A stretch of DNA of 64,000 nt, from assembly GCA_039028615.1 (NCBI GenBank), contig JBCCHT010000003.1, positions 160,001-224,000 on the forward strand, read 5' to 3'. This DNA comes from Myxococcota bacterium. Its GTDB lineage: Bacteria; Myxococcota_A; Polyangia; Nannocystales; Nannocystaceae. This document shows, piece after piece, positions 27,519 to 36,110 of this stretch. A program made the position numbers and the translations under genes. The notes under the pieces were generated by a model. It worked only from the letters and a program-made list of their open reading frames with translations. It made no database searches and had not been told where the DNA came from. Positions within the stretch are counted from its first letter, which is position 1. The number at the start of each line of letters is the position of its first letter.

Positions 27519-30218
27519 GGCCGGCTCCGCGTTCTTGGACGCGAGGCGTCGGCACCCGGGCGAGTCGTCGTCGGCACAGGCCGTCAGCGCTCGTCGCCGT
27601 AGCTCGGGCAGGTCCGGGATCTGGGCGCCTGCCGCCTCGGCCTCCACCATGATGCCCACGGCGCGCGCGAGCCGGCCTGCGCTCGGCGAGGGCCCGAGGT
27701 TGTCGAGCGTCGCTCGGAGGTGACGAACGGCCTCGTCGGGTCGCTCGCGTGCCAGCAACAGCTCCGCCAGCTCTCGCTCGGCGCTGGCGCGCTCGCGGTC
27801 GCCGTCGGGCCACACCCGCCGCCCGCTGGAGACCGCCGCCTGCAGGTGGGTCTCGGCGCAGGTCAGCTGTTCGCGATCCAGACAGACTCTGGCCAGCCCT
27901 CGGAGCAGCCGCACGCGAAACTGGTCGTGCACGTCGCCCATGGCGGCCAGGCCTCGCCAGTAGTTGTGCTCTGCGCCCTCGAGGTTGCCGAACAGGTGTT
28001 GGTTGTAGCCGAGGTTGAGGTACGCGGTGGCGGTGCGCGGGCTCAGCCGGCCATAGCCGCGCTCGGACTGCTGCACGGCGGTTTCGAGGTGCTCGATGGT
28101 GCGTTCGGGGTGTCCCTGCTCGCGGGCGATCCGAGCCAGCACCATCGAGATCCTGGCGCGACGCGGATGGGAGGCCCCCAGGGTGCGGATCGTTCGCTCG
28201 TCGAGGCGCCGGGCTTTTTCCAGCGCGACGTCGAACTCGGATGCACCCATGTGGGTTTGGAGCAGGGCGGCGCCGGCCAGCCACGCGAGCTCGTCGAGCT
28301 CGGAGCGGCTCTCGTCGATCTGCGCGAGGATGCCTTCGAAGGTCTCGGTGGCCGCCGCCCACTCGTGGCGCCGCTGCTGAAGCAGGCCCCGCACGTGCTG
28401 CCGGGTGAGGACCTGCGCGTCGTCGGGGTGCCGACGCAAGCCCGCGTCGGCGTGTCGGAGCCACTCTTCGGCTTCGTCGGGGGCCTCGGCGTAGGCGTGC
28501 TGCATGGCCAGCGCATTGGCGTGGCGGGCCAGCTCGCGGCCATCGGTGAGCTCGGCCGACAGGTAGTACGCGGACTCGAACGCGGCGAAGCGACGGGGGT
28601 CGCCCAGCTCTCCCCACGCGATGCCGGCCGCCGCGTAGGCATCGGCCGCGAGCGTGCCCAGCTCGGCCGCGGCGGCTTCGGCTGCGAGCGTCTCCGCGGC
28701 GGCGGCGGTCTGCGCGTAGTGGCCCGCCGCGAGGTCGGCCCGGACGATGGCCAGGCGCTTGCTCAGCGAGCGATGGAGCGGCGAAGCGGAGTCCGCGGGC
28801 ACCGCATCGGAGTCGCACCGCGCGGGCGAGGGCAACGAGCGCACCGCGGCGATGGCCCGGGCCACGGCGGGGGTGTCCGGCGTCTCCAGGCGGGCGAGCA
28901 GGGCGGACAGCGTGCTCAGGCCATCGCGGAGGCACGCGGCGCGGGCATCGAAGCGAGCGTCGTCGATCGATTCGTCCACCCAGCGGGCGCGGCATGTCGC
29001 CAGGTCCTGCTCGACCCAGGCATCGGCGTAGCGCTCCACTTGCCGCTCGATCCGACCGACGAGGGCCGCGGCCCCGTCGGCGTCTGTCGCCTGCAGGCTC
29101 GCCTGCAGCGTGCTCCGTCGCGCGGGACTCCAGACGGTGGCGAACCGAGCCCGGGCCGTGTCTTCGTGACACGTCACGGGCGTGACGCTCGGCGCGGTGG
29201 TCCAGCCCAGGCCCAGCGCACCCGCGGTGACGACGGCGCCCGCGAGCACCCACCATCGGCGGGGCGTAGGGCGTCGCTTCAGCGCTCGTCGCAGCTCCTG
29301 CATCGAGGCGAAGCGGGCGGCGGGGGTGGGCGAAAGGGCGCGACGCAGCGCCCGCGTGAAGGGGGCGGGCACGAGGGAGGACTCGGGCTGCTCCTGCGGT
29401 CGCAGGTCGGGATCCTCGGCGAGATCCAGCGGGCTCACCCCGGCAAAGGGATGCTCCCCGAACACCAGCTCCCATGCCGTCACCGCGAAGCCGAACTGGT
29501 CGCTCGCCGCGTCCACCGGGTCGCCGCGCAGCTGCTCGGGCGACATGTAGCGGGGCGTGCCCGCAATGCGGGTCATCGACATCGAGGGGTGGCTCCAGCC
29601 GGAGACGAGCGAGTCGCCGGGGTTCGCCCCCGCCCGCGCGAGCCCGAAGTCGGCGACGCGAACGCGGCCGTCGTTGCCCACCAACACGTTGGCGGGCTTG
29701 AAGTCGCGGTGGATGAGCCCTCGTTCGTGCGCGGCGGCCAGGCCCGCCGCCGCTTCGTCGAGGATCGTGCACACGCGATCGAAGCGCTCGCGGCCGCCTG
29801 GTGGGTGCTGCTCGGCCCACTGCGCGAGCGTAACCCCGCGGACCAGCTCCATCGCGATCCACAGCTGCTGTTCGTGCACGCCCGTGTCGAAGACCTCGAC
29901 CACGTGCGGGTGGCTCAGCCGTGCCAGCGACCGCGCCTCGCGGAGCTGCGTCGGCGGCCGGCTCGCCTCGCCGTGCTCGGGCGACAAGAGCTTGAGCGCC
30001 ACGGTCCGCCGCAGCTCGCCGTCCTCCGCCTCGAACACCCGCCCGTGGGCGCCTCGCCCCAGCAAGCGCAGCAGCCGAAAACGGCCGATCTGGACGGCGG
30101 AGGGGCGACCGAAGAGCTGCTCGCGGAGCTGGGCCAGCGCGAGCCGAGCGTCGAGCTCGTTCGCGTCAGGGCAGCCCTGCAGGGTTTCCCGCCAGCCGCG
30201 TTCCTCGTCGTCGCTCAC
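27483..30218 (-). CDS. Membrane Ser/Thr protein kinase with TPRs
   Basis: GRGAHG, ALK, HRDFKPAN, DFG, GTPRYMSPE; start re-chosen at GTG 30218 because the upstream ORF part is antisense to the reductase. Confidence 0.9.
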   Translation of the reverse strand: MSDDEERGWRETLQGCPDANELDARLALAQLREQLFGRPSAVQIGRFRLLRLLGRGAHGRVFEAEDGELRRTVALKLLSPEHGEASRPPTQLREARSLARLSHPHVVEVFDTGVHEQQLWIAMELVRGVTLAQWAEQHPPGGRERFDRVCTILDEAAAGLAAAHERGLIHRDFKPANVLVGNDGRVRVADFGLARAGANPGDSLVSGWSHPSMSMTRIAGTPRYMSPEQLRGDPVDAASDQFGFAVTAWELVFGEHPFAGVSPLDLAEDPDLRPQEQPESSLVPAPFTRALRRALSPTPAARFASMQELRRALKRRPTPRRWWVLAGAVVTAGALGLGWTTAPSVTPVTCHEDTARARFATVWSPARRSTLQASLQATDADGAAALVGRIERQVERYADAWVEQDLATCRARWVDESIDDARFDARAACLRDGLSTLSALLARLETPDTPAVARAIAAVRSLPSPARCDSDAVPADSASPLHRSLSKRLAIVRADLAAGHYAQTAAAAETLAAEAAAAELGTLAADAYAAAGIAWGELGDPRRFAAFESAYYLSAELTDGRELARHANALAMQHAYAEAPDEAEEWLRHADAGLRRHPDDAQVLTRQHVRGLLQQRRHEWAAATETFEGILAQIDESRSELDELAWLAGAALLQTHMGASEFDVALEKARRLDERTIRTLGASHPRRARISMVLARIAREQGHPERTIEHLETAVQQSERGYGRLSPRTATAYLNLGYNQHLFGNLEGAEHNYWRGLAAMGDVHDQFRVRLLRGLARVCLDREQLTCAETHLQAAVSSGRRVWPDGDRERASAERELAELLLARERPDEAVRHLRATLDNLGPSPSAGRLARAVGIMVEAEAAGAQIPDLPELRRRALTACADDDSPGCRRLASKNAEPASVGLHADAGEQ

Positions 30219-30353
30219 GTGGCGGCAGTGTAGCCAGCTCGCCGCCGTCGTCATTGGAATTTCGGTCGCCGTGATCCGCCGCGGCGGCTCGGACGTCTGT
30301 CCCGACGAGGGGAGGTCCGTGCCGGGCTCGTCTATACTCTCGCCACCAAGGCC

Positions 30354-31118
30354 ATGAGCGAAGCCGACCTCTACCACGCCCTCGTCATGCTGCTGTTCGC
30401 CATCGCGGGGGTGGTCTTTGCCGTGCTCGGCTTGGTCAGCGCGCCCTATGGGCGTCACGCTCGGCAGGGCTGGGGCCCTCGCGTGGGCGAGCGCGTGGCG
30501 TGGATCGTGATGGAGGCGCCGTCGTCGTTGCTCTTCGCGTGGATCTTCTTCCAGGGTCCGCGCGCCTTCGATCCGGTGCCGCTGGTCATGCTGGGCCTGT
30601 GGCAGGCGCACTACCTGCACCGCGCGTTCATCTACCCGCTTCGCAAGCGCAGCCGACCCGGCCAGACGATGCCCCTGGTGGTCATGCTGATGGCGTTGGT
30701 GTTCAACGTCCTCAACAGCTACCTCAACGCGCGGTGGCTGTCGGCGATGGGGCCCGAGTATGCGCTGCGGTGGTTGCTGACCTTCCGCTTCCTGTACGGG
30801 GCGATGCTGTTCATCACCGGGTTCGTCATCAATCGCTGGGCCGACGCTCGGCTCCGCACGCTGCGGCGCCCGGGAGAGAGCGGCTACTCGATCCCCCGCG
30901 GGGGCTTGTTCAACGAGATCTCGTGCCCGAACTACTTCGGTGAGCTCGTGCAGTGGGTGGGCTGGGCTCTGCTCACCTGGTCGCCGGCCGGCATGGCCTT
31001 CGCCGCGTTCACGGCCGCCAACCTGGTGCCGCGGGCGGTGACCCATCACCGTTGGTACGAGCGCACCTTTCCCGGCTACCCGCGGCGTCGCAAAGCGATC
31101 ATCCCTTACGTGCTGTGA
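30354..31118 (+). CDS. 3-oxo-5-alpha-steroid 4-dehydrogenase (steroid 5-alpha-reductase family)
   Basis: APYGRH, AWIVME, HYLHRAFIYP, YSIPRGGLF, SCPNYFGELVQW, NLVPRA, HHRWY. Confidence 0.92.
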   Translation: MSEADLYHALVMLLFAIAGVVFAVLGLVSAPYGRHARQGWGPRVGERVAWIVMEAPSSLLFAWIFFQGPRAFDPVPLVMLGLWQAHYLHRAFIYPLRKRSRPGQTMPLVVMLMALVFNVLNSYLNARWLSAMGPEYALRWLLTFRFLYGAMLFITGFVINRWADARLRTLRRPGESGYSIPRGGLFNEISCPNYFGELVQWVGWALLTWSPAGMAFAAFTAANLVPRAVTHHRWYERTFPGYPRRRKAIIPYVL

Positions 31119-31265
31119 CCCCGTCGGCCGGTCTGAGGGCCGGTCCGTTCATTTTGGGCCGAGCGTTTTGCATCTTTTTGAGCAGCGCACGTCCTAGGTG
31201 AACGACGGGAGCACACGCGCTCCCGGGATCGCCCTGTGTCCGCCGTCATGGCGCCGCCACAGGGG

Positions 31266-31288
31266 TGACATCGATGTCAGGGACTGAC
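31266..31288. promoter_or_regulatory. Candidate upstream activator site for a sigma54 enhancer-binding protein
   Basis: Perfect palindrome TGACATCGATGTCA (31266-31279) overlapping GTCAG-GGA-CTGAC, about 120-130 bp upstream of the -24 box. Confidence 0.5.
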
Positions 31289-31395
31289 GTCCGTGCGGGG
31301 GCCAAGTCGGACTTTTGCGTCATGCTGCTAGGGCAGAACGCGGCGATCTCGCGCCTGTGACGAAATTTCTTCAATGATCTCAGGTGGCGACAGGA

Positions 31396-31411
31396 TGGCA
31401 CGGTGGCTGCA
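31396..31411 (+). promoter_or_regulatory. Sigma54 (-24/-12) promoter
   Basis: TGGCACGGTGGCTGCA with exact GG-N10-GC spacing; predicted start near 31422. Confidence 0.75.
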
Positions 31412-31421
31412 ACTATTGTCG

Positions 31422-32000
31422 AGCGTCGGCGGGGTCGGTCCCAACCTCAACCTCGCAGGCCTCTTACTCTGGCTTGTTCTTGCATCCCTTCCTTTAGCTT
31501 ACTTGCTCCTTAGTTTGATTCGCTTGGCTTAGTGTCTGACTTGGACTGTCACTTTTCTCGACTTGGCTTAACCGACCGTCCTTGGCTTACCTGTTCGACC
31601 CCTTGGCTTGATCGATTCTCTTTGCGCGTCGCTTCGTTTCGTCCCCTTTGCGTACGCCTTGATGTCGCGCCGTTGGCCCTCGCCCCCTGAGGGCCCGGCT
31701 CGCGACTGCGGGCCCGGTGGAACCTGTGCACGTTCCCTGCAGGCATCCCCGATTCCCGGCCCGCCACGATTTCCCTCTGTTAGTCCGTTAGTACTTAGAC
31801 TTGACTTGGTTTGATTCTGGTCGCGTTGGAAAAACTAGTAGTAGTGCGTTAGTCGAACGATAGTTGCCCCACTTAGTCTTAGCTTAGGAATACTCGACGT
31901 TTCGAGTCGTCGTCCCGGAATCGGTGCCCCGGGACTTCCACTCCTTGGTCCGTCACTCCGATTCGAAAGCCCGGGCTCATTCGAGCCCGGGCTTTCGTGT
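31422..32000 (+). ncRNA. Putative ~575-nt sigma54-dependent non-coding RNA with repeated CUUGGCUU/UUAG motifs
   Basis: Bounded by a sigma54 promoter and a terminator; no credible ORF; U/C-rich, stop-codon-rich, interspersed GC hairpins. Confidence 0.6.
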
Positions 32001-32005
32001 TGGTT
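31964..32005 (+). terminator. Intrinsic terminator
   Basis: Perfect 15-bp stem CGAAAGCCCGGGCTC-ATTC-GAGCCCGGGCTTTCG followed by TGTTGGTT. Confidence 0.8.
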
Positions 32006-32113
32006 GTCCTGGTGCTCATCGGGTGCTCGAGCGATGCCCACGCGCTGTCCAAACGGCGCTCAGGCGCGGTTTGTGGCCTGGTAGAGCTGCTGGTCGTTGG
32101 TCACGCTCGAAGC

Positions 32114-32953
32114 ATGACCACGTTTCGTGCCCCCGGATGCTCGCTCGTTCTCGCCATGATGACCACGACCGCGTGCGTGGTGATCGACGGTGGCGACGAC
32201 GATGGTGCGGCGGCGACCGAGGCCGCACCCACCACGACCTCCACGCCTTCGCCGAGCTCCGACGGGGGTGACACGGAGATCACGGGGTCGCCCACCCCCG
32301 AAGACTCGACGGCCGACGAAGGCACGAGTGCGGACACGAGCGGGGGGCAGACCGATGGCGTCGACTCGGGCAGCTCGACCACGGGCATCGAGTGCACGCG
32401 CTTTCTCGAAGGGGAGATCGAAGGCTGTCGCTGTCATGCCTTCGGCGGGCAGGGAGCGGGCCCGTTCTACTGCGGGGCCGATCTGCTCTGCGACGCGACG
32501 ACGGGCACGTGCACCAGCTCCACCGCGTGCGAGACGGTCGAGGCCGACCCCGAGCCGAACGACGGCCCGGACACGGCCACCGACTTCGGCATGGTGTGCA
32601 ACTCGTTGCCCTGGCAGGGCCAGCTCGAGCCGGGGGGCAGCGACTGGTTCACCTGGCGTGGGTTCCACCCCACGGCCGGCTGCGGCGATCCGGGGGGCGT
32701 GCAGACCTACGACCCGAACATCGAGGTCTGCTTCTATCACGCGTGCATCGACGGGCAGGGCGATCTCGGCGAGCTCAGCTGCGGCGGGACGTCGGTCACG
32801 CTCCCCGACGGCACGCCCGGCTGTTGCTCGCCGTCGGCCCAGGGCGACTCGCTCACCGCGTATGCGTGCGACCAGGGCGTCGAGGTCTGGGTCGAGCTGC
32901 GCAACACCACCGAGATGTGCATCGGCTACGAGGCGCAGCTGAACCTGGTCTAA
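32114..32953 (+). CDS. Cys-rich lipoprotein
   Basis: Signal ending TTTAC, Ser/Thr linker, EPND and DWF motifs, many Cys. Confidence 0.75.
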   Translation: MTTFRAPGCSLVLAMMTTTACVVIDGGDDDGAAATEAAPTTTSTPSPSSDGGDTEITGSPTPEDSTADEGTSADTSGGQTDGVDSGSSTTGIECTRFLEGEIEGCRCHAFGGQGAGPFYCGADLLCDATTGTCTSSTACETVEADPEPNDGPDTATDFGMVCNSLPWQGQLEPGGSDWFTWRGFHPTAGCGDPGGVQTYDPNIEVCFYHACIDGQGDLGELSCGGTSVTLPDGTPGCCSPSAQGDSLTAYACDQGVEVWVELRNTTEMCIGYEAQLNLV

Positions 32954-32963
32954 CGCGAGCGGC

Positions 32964-33467
32964 TCAACGCTGCTCGCGTTCTTTGAGGTACTCCTCGAGG
33001 TGCGGGACGATGGGTCGCCGCAGGATCTGCTCGGGAGACTCGAAGCCGGCCCACACGACCTCGCGATTGTCGACGTCGAAGGTCGGCTTCTCGTCGACCT
33101 CGATCTCCACGATCGTGACCTTGTCGTGACGGTTCTCGAACGAGTGCGTGCGGCTATAGACCTCGCTCAGGCGCTCGACGGGGACCCGGAGATCGACCTC
33201 TTCGATGAGCTCGCGTCGCGCCGCCGCGGAGGCGGACTCGCCCGAGCGCACGTACCCGCCGGGCAGCGAGTAGTGGAAGCGGTACGAGTTCTTGATGAGC
33301 AGCAATTTGCCCTCGTGCCACACCGCGACGAGCGCCCCGTGAGTATTCGGATGGCGGACCGCCCAGTACGCGCGGAGCATGCGATGGGCCACCCGGTAGG
33401 CGGTGCGGAAGCCGAGATCGACCATGGAGTCGATGCCCGTCGAGGCGTTGGGGTTGTTGTCGGTCAT
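32964..33467 (-). CDS. NUDIX hydrolase
   Basis: Nudix box PGGYVRSGESASAAARRELIEEVD; ATG 33467. Confidence 0.9.
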   Translation of the reverse strand: MTDNNPNASTGIDSMVDLGFRTAYRVAHRMLRAYWAVRHPNTHGALVAVWHEGKLLLIKNSYRFHYSLPGGYVRSGESASAAARRELIEEVDLRVPVERLSEVYSRTHSFENRHDKVTIVEIEVDEKPTFDVDNREVVWAGFESPEQILRRPIVPHLEEYLKEREQR

Positions 33468-33617
33468 GCGCAGGCCGGCCCCATGAAGCCACAGCCATCG
33501 CGATCCGCCAAGTGATTGCCTGACATGGGCCGCAGCGCGTGGCGCGGCCATGGGCGTGTGAACGAGCGCTCACCAGATGCCGACCCCGGGTGCAGGTAGC
33601 CGTGCTAAATCACCCGC

Positions 33618-35207
33618 GTGCCCCTGGATTTCGTACGAATACGCCCCTTTGCCGCCGTGGGGATCGCGCTATTCAGCGGTGCTGCATGCCCGTCCCCCGA
33701 GGGAGACCCCATCGATTTTTCGGGCACGGGTTCGACGGGTGCGACCGACGACGGCGCGGTCACGACCACGGGCGAAGTCTCGGCCGACAGCACGGGGCCC
33801 GGCAGCCCCTGCGAGACCGACGAGGACTGCGTCGGCGATCCGGCGGGCGAAGTTTGTGATCTCGGCGAGGGCCAGTGCAGCCCGCCCTGCGTCCCGGGCC
33901 AGACCCGAACTTGCTACTCCGGCCCCGAGGACACCCAGGATATCGGCGCGTGCATGTCGGGGACCAACGAGTGCATGGAGGACGGGCGCTGGAGCGTGTT
34001 CTGCAGCGGCGAGGTCCTGCCCGGCGCCGAAGAGTGCGGCAACGGGCTCGACGACGACTGCGATGGCATGGTCGACGACTCCGACGTCGACGGTGACGGC
34101 TTCGGCGTCTGCAGTGGTGATTGCTGCGATGTCGACGGGGCCGGCTGCACCGAAGCCGCGCTGGTCAACCCGGGCGCGTACGAGGTCGTCGGCAACGAGC
34201 TCGACGACGATTGCGACGACGAGATCGACGAGGCTCCGGTCGATTGCGATGCCGGCCTGGCGAGCGACTCCGCCGATCCCCTTCAGTACGCGCAAGCGCT
34301 CGAGCTGTGCGAGACCACCGAAGAGGACCCTGCCGATCCCAACGACCGCACCTGGGGCGTGATCAACGCGACGTTCTCGCGCGCCGACGGCAATGGCACG
34401 CCCGTCCCCGTGCAGCACTCGCTGCGGGCGGAGTTCGGTGACCTGGTCAACGCGCAGCAGGGCGATCGCATGGTCGTGCTCAGCTCGGGCCACGCCGCCG
34501 CCACCAATCAGACCAACCCCGACTTCGCGCCGTTCGAAACCGGGCAAGACCTCGGCTCGGGCGGCTCCGTGCCTTCCGACTGGTTGGATGCCAACGGGGG
34601 CGTCATGCCGAACCCCGCCGGGTGCCTCGAGCCGTGGAACACCGACGCCAACGACTCGGTGATGCTCACCCTGCGGGTTCGCGCGCCCACCAACGCCAGC
34701 TCGTTCAGCGTGCGCACGTTCTTCTACTCGGCCGAGTACCCCGAGTGGGTTTGCAGTGAATTCAACGACTTCTTCGTGGCGTTGGTCGACTCGACGGCCG
34801 AGAACCCCGAAGACAAGAACATCGCGATCTACGACGACAACGGCACGCCCTGGCCGCTGGGCGTCAACCTGGTGATGGTGGCCGAGGGGCTGTTCACCCA
34901 GTGCGAAAACGGCGAAGTCGGTTGCGCGCGCGACCTCGGGACCGATTACTTCGGCTGTGTCGGGGACAACCTGCTCGCAGGAACCGGGTTCGACGCAACC
35001 GACTCGGAGGCCTGCGAACCGACCCAAGGCATGGCCGGCGGCGGAACGGGCTGGCTGCGCATGAGCGGCAACGTCACGCCCGGAGAGGTGTTCGAGATTC
35101 GTTTTGCGATCTGGGATACCAGTGGTCACCTCTATGATTCGCTGGTGTTGCTCGATGACTGGGAATGGTCGGTCGAAGCGGCCGAACCTGGGGTCGCACC
35201 CGGTTGA
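33618..35207 (+). CDS. Cys/Asp-rich lipoprotein with choice-of-anchor L-like domain
   Basis: Lipobox GAAC; EECGNGLDDDCDG repeats; SAEYPEWVCSEFNDFF, FAIWD...YDSLVLLD. Confidence 0.75.
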   Translation: MPLDFVRIRPFAAVGIALFSGAACPSPEGDPIDFSGTGSTGATDDGAVTTTGEVSADSTGPGSPCETDEDCVGDPAGEVCDLGEGQCSPPCVPGQTRTCYSGPEDTQDIGACMSGTNECMEDGRWSVFCSGEVLPGAEECGNGLDDDCDGMVDDSDVDGDGFGVCSGDCCDVDGAGCTEAALVNPGAYEVVGNELDDDCDDEIDEAPVDCDAGLASDSADPLQYAQALELCETTEEDPADPNDRTWGVINATFSRADGNGTPVPVQHSLRAEFGDLVNAQQGDRMVVLSSGHAAATNQTNPDFAPFETGQDLGSGGSVPSDWLDANGGVMPNPAGCLEPWNTDANDSVMLTLRVRAPTNASSFSVRTFFYSAEYPEWVCSEFNDFFVALVDSTAENPEDKNIAIYDDNGTPWPLGVNLVMVAEGLFTQCENGEVGCARDLGTDYFGCVGDNLLAGTGFDATDSEACEPTQGMAGGGTGWLRMSGNVTPGEVFEIRFAIWDTSGHLYDSLVLLDDWEWSVEAAEPGVAPG

Positions 35208-35243
35208 ATCGAACGCTGTTAGCTGTGCTATAGACGGGCCGAG

Positions 35244-36110
35244 ATGTCTCGCTTGGCTCCCGTCACGATCCCGCTCGCCCTGTGTTTGGGCTTCGGGTGC
35301 ACGCTGCTCACCCCGTATCCCGGTGGCGAGGATCCGGCCGAGGTCCTCGCTGGTTCGGGGGGCGGCTTCGAAGGGGGCGAAGGGCAAGAGCCCCTGGTCG
35401 ACCCGGCCGAGGATCCGTCCATCGGGGTGATCCGCAACCTGACCAAGGTCGTCGCCCATCCCGGCTCGGCCTTCCCCATCGACCTCGAGTTCGACGCGCC
35501 CGGCATGAACGTGGTGGGCGGCGGCATCAGCTTCCCCGGCTCCGACGAGGTGCAGTGGACCTTCATCGAGGGGCTCGACGGCGAGACCACGGGCAACATC
35601 CGGTTCGGGTTCGTGGTCGACCAAGACATCTGCGGCCAGGTCCCCAACCTCTGCCACGAGATCAAGACCCAGCAGTTCGCGGTCGCGCGCAACACCGTGG
35701 GCGACGTCGACGGCGACGGCCAGACCGACGGCGACTTCGTCGTCTCGCGGCCGGTCGAGGTCACGGTGGTGCTCCAGTGCTCCACCTGCGAGTCGCCGAG
35801 CTGCTCCGAGCTGCTGCCGGAGGACGAGTGCCAGTCCTGCGCTCAGCCCCCGGTCTGCGACGACTACTTCGCGCGTTGCCTCGATCCCACCACGAACCCG
35901 GACGTGACCGATGCCGACGTCGCGTTCTTCGAGGGCATCTTCGGCCCGTCGGGTGCGCTGTGGACCACCCCGGCCGGCTGCGTCGCGGGCGAGCAAGCCT
36001 GTGAAGGGGCCGAGGCCGACGGTACCGAGTGCCGACTCGGTGGCGGCGGCGAAGGTGACGACGGCGGCAGCAGCTCGGGCGGCGACGAGTCCGGAGGGAC
36101 GGGCGCATGA
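35244..36110 (+). CDS. Hypothetical Cys-rich lipoprotein
   Basis: LGFGC lipobox; stop overlaps the next start. Confidence 0.75.
   Translation: MSRLAPVTIPLALCLGFGCTLLTPYPGGEDPAEVLAGSGGGFEGGEGQEPLVDPAEDPSIGVIRNLTKVVAHPGSAFPIDLEFDAPGMNVVGGGISFPGSDEVQWTFIEGLDGETTGNIRFGFVVDQDICGQVPNLCHEIKTQQFAVARNTVGDVDGDGQTDGDFVVSRPVEVTVVLQCSTCESPSCSELLPEDECQSCAQPPVCDDYFARCLDPTTNPDVTDADVAFFEGIFGPSGALWTTPAGCVAGEQACEGAEADGTECRLGGGGEGDDGGSSSGGDESGGTGA

Noticed and set aside
30271..30296. Another GTGATCCG upstream of the steroid reductase
   Set aside because: The downstream element does not match GG[AC]ACG at the expected spacing
30219..31049. N-terminal 277 aa of the 1188-aa kinase ORF
   Set aside because: Antisense to the steroid reductase; kinase-like sequence begins near GTG 30218
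31520..31612. CRISPR-like periodic repeats
   Set aside because: Repeats are only ~8 nt with ~12-nt spacers and no cas genes are present
31549..32041. Short ORFs in the 31.1-32.1 kb gap (31549..31767, 31608..31814, 31835..32041)
   Set aside because: No recognisable motifs, atypical composition, and they cross promoter-terminator-bounded structure; a tiny peptide cannot be fully excluded
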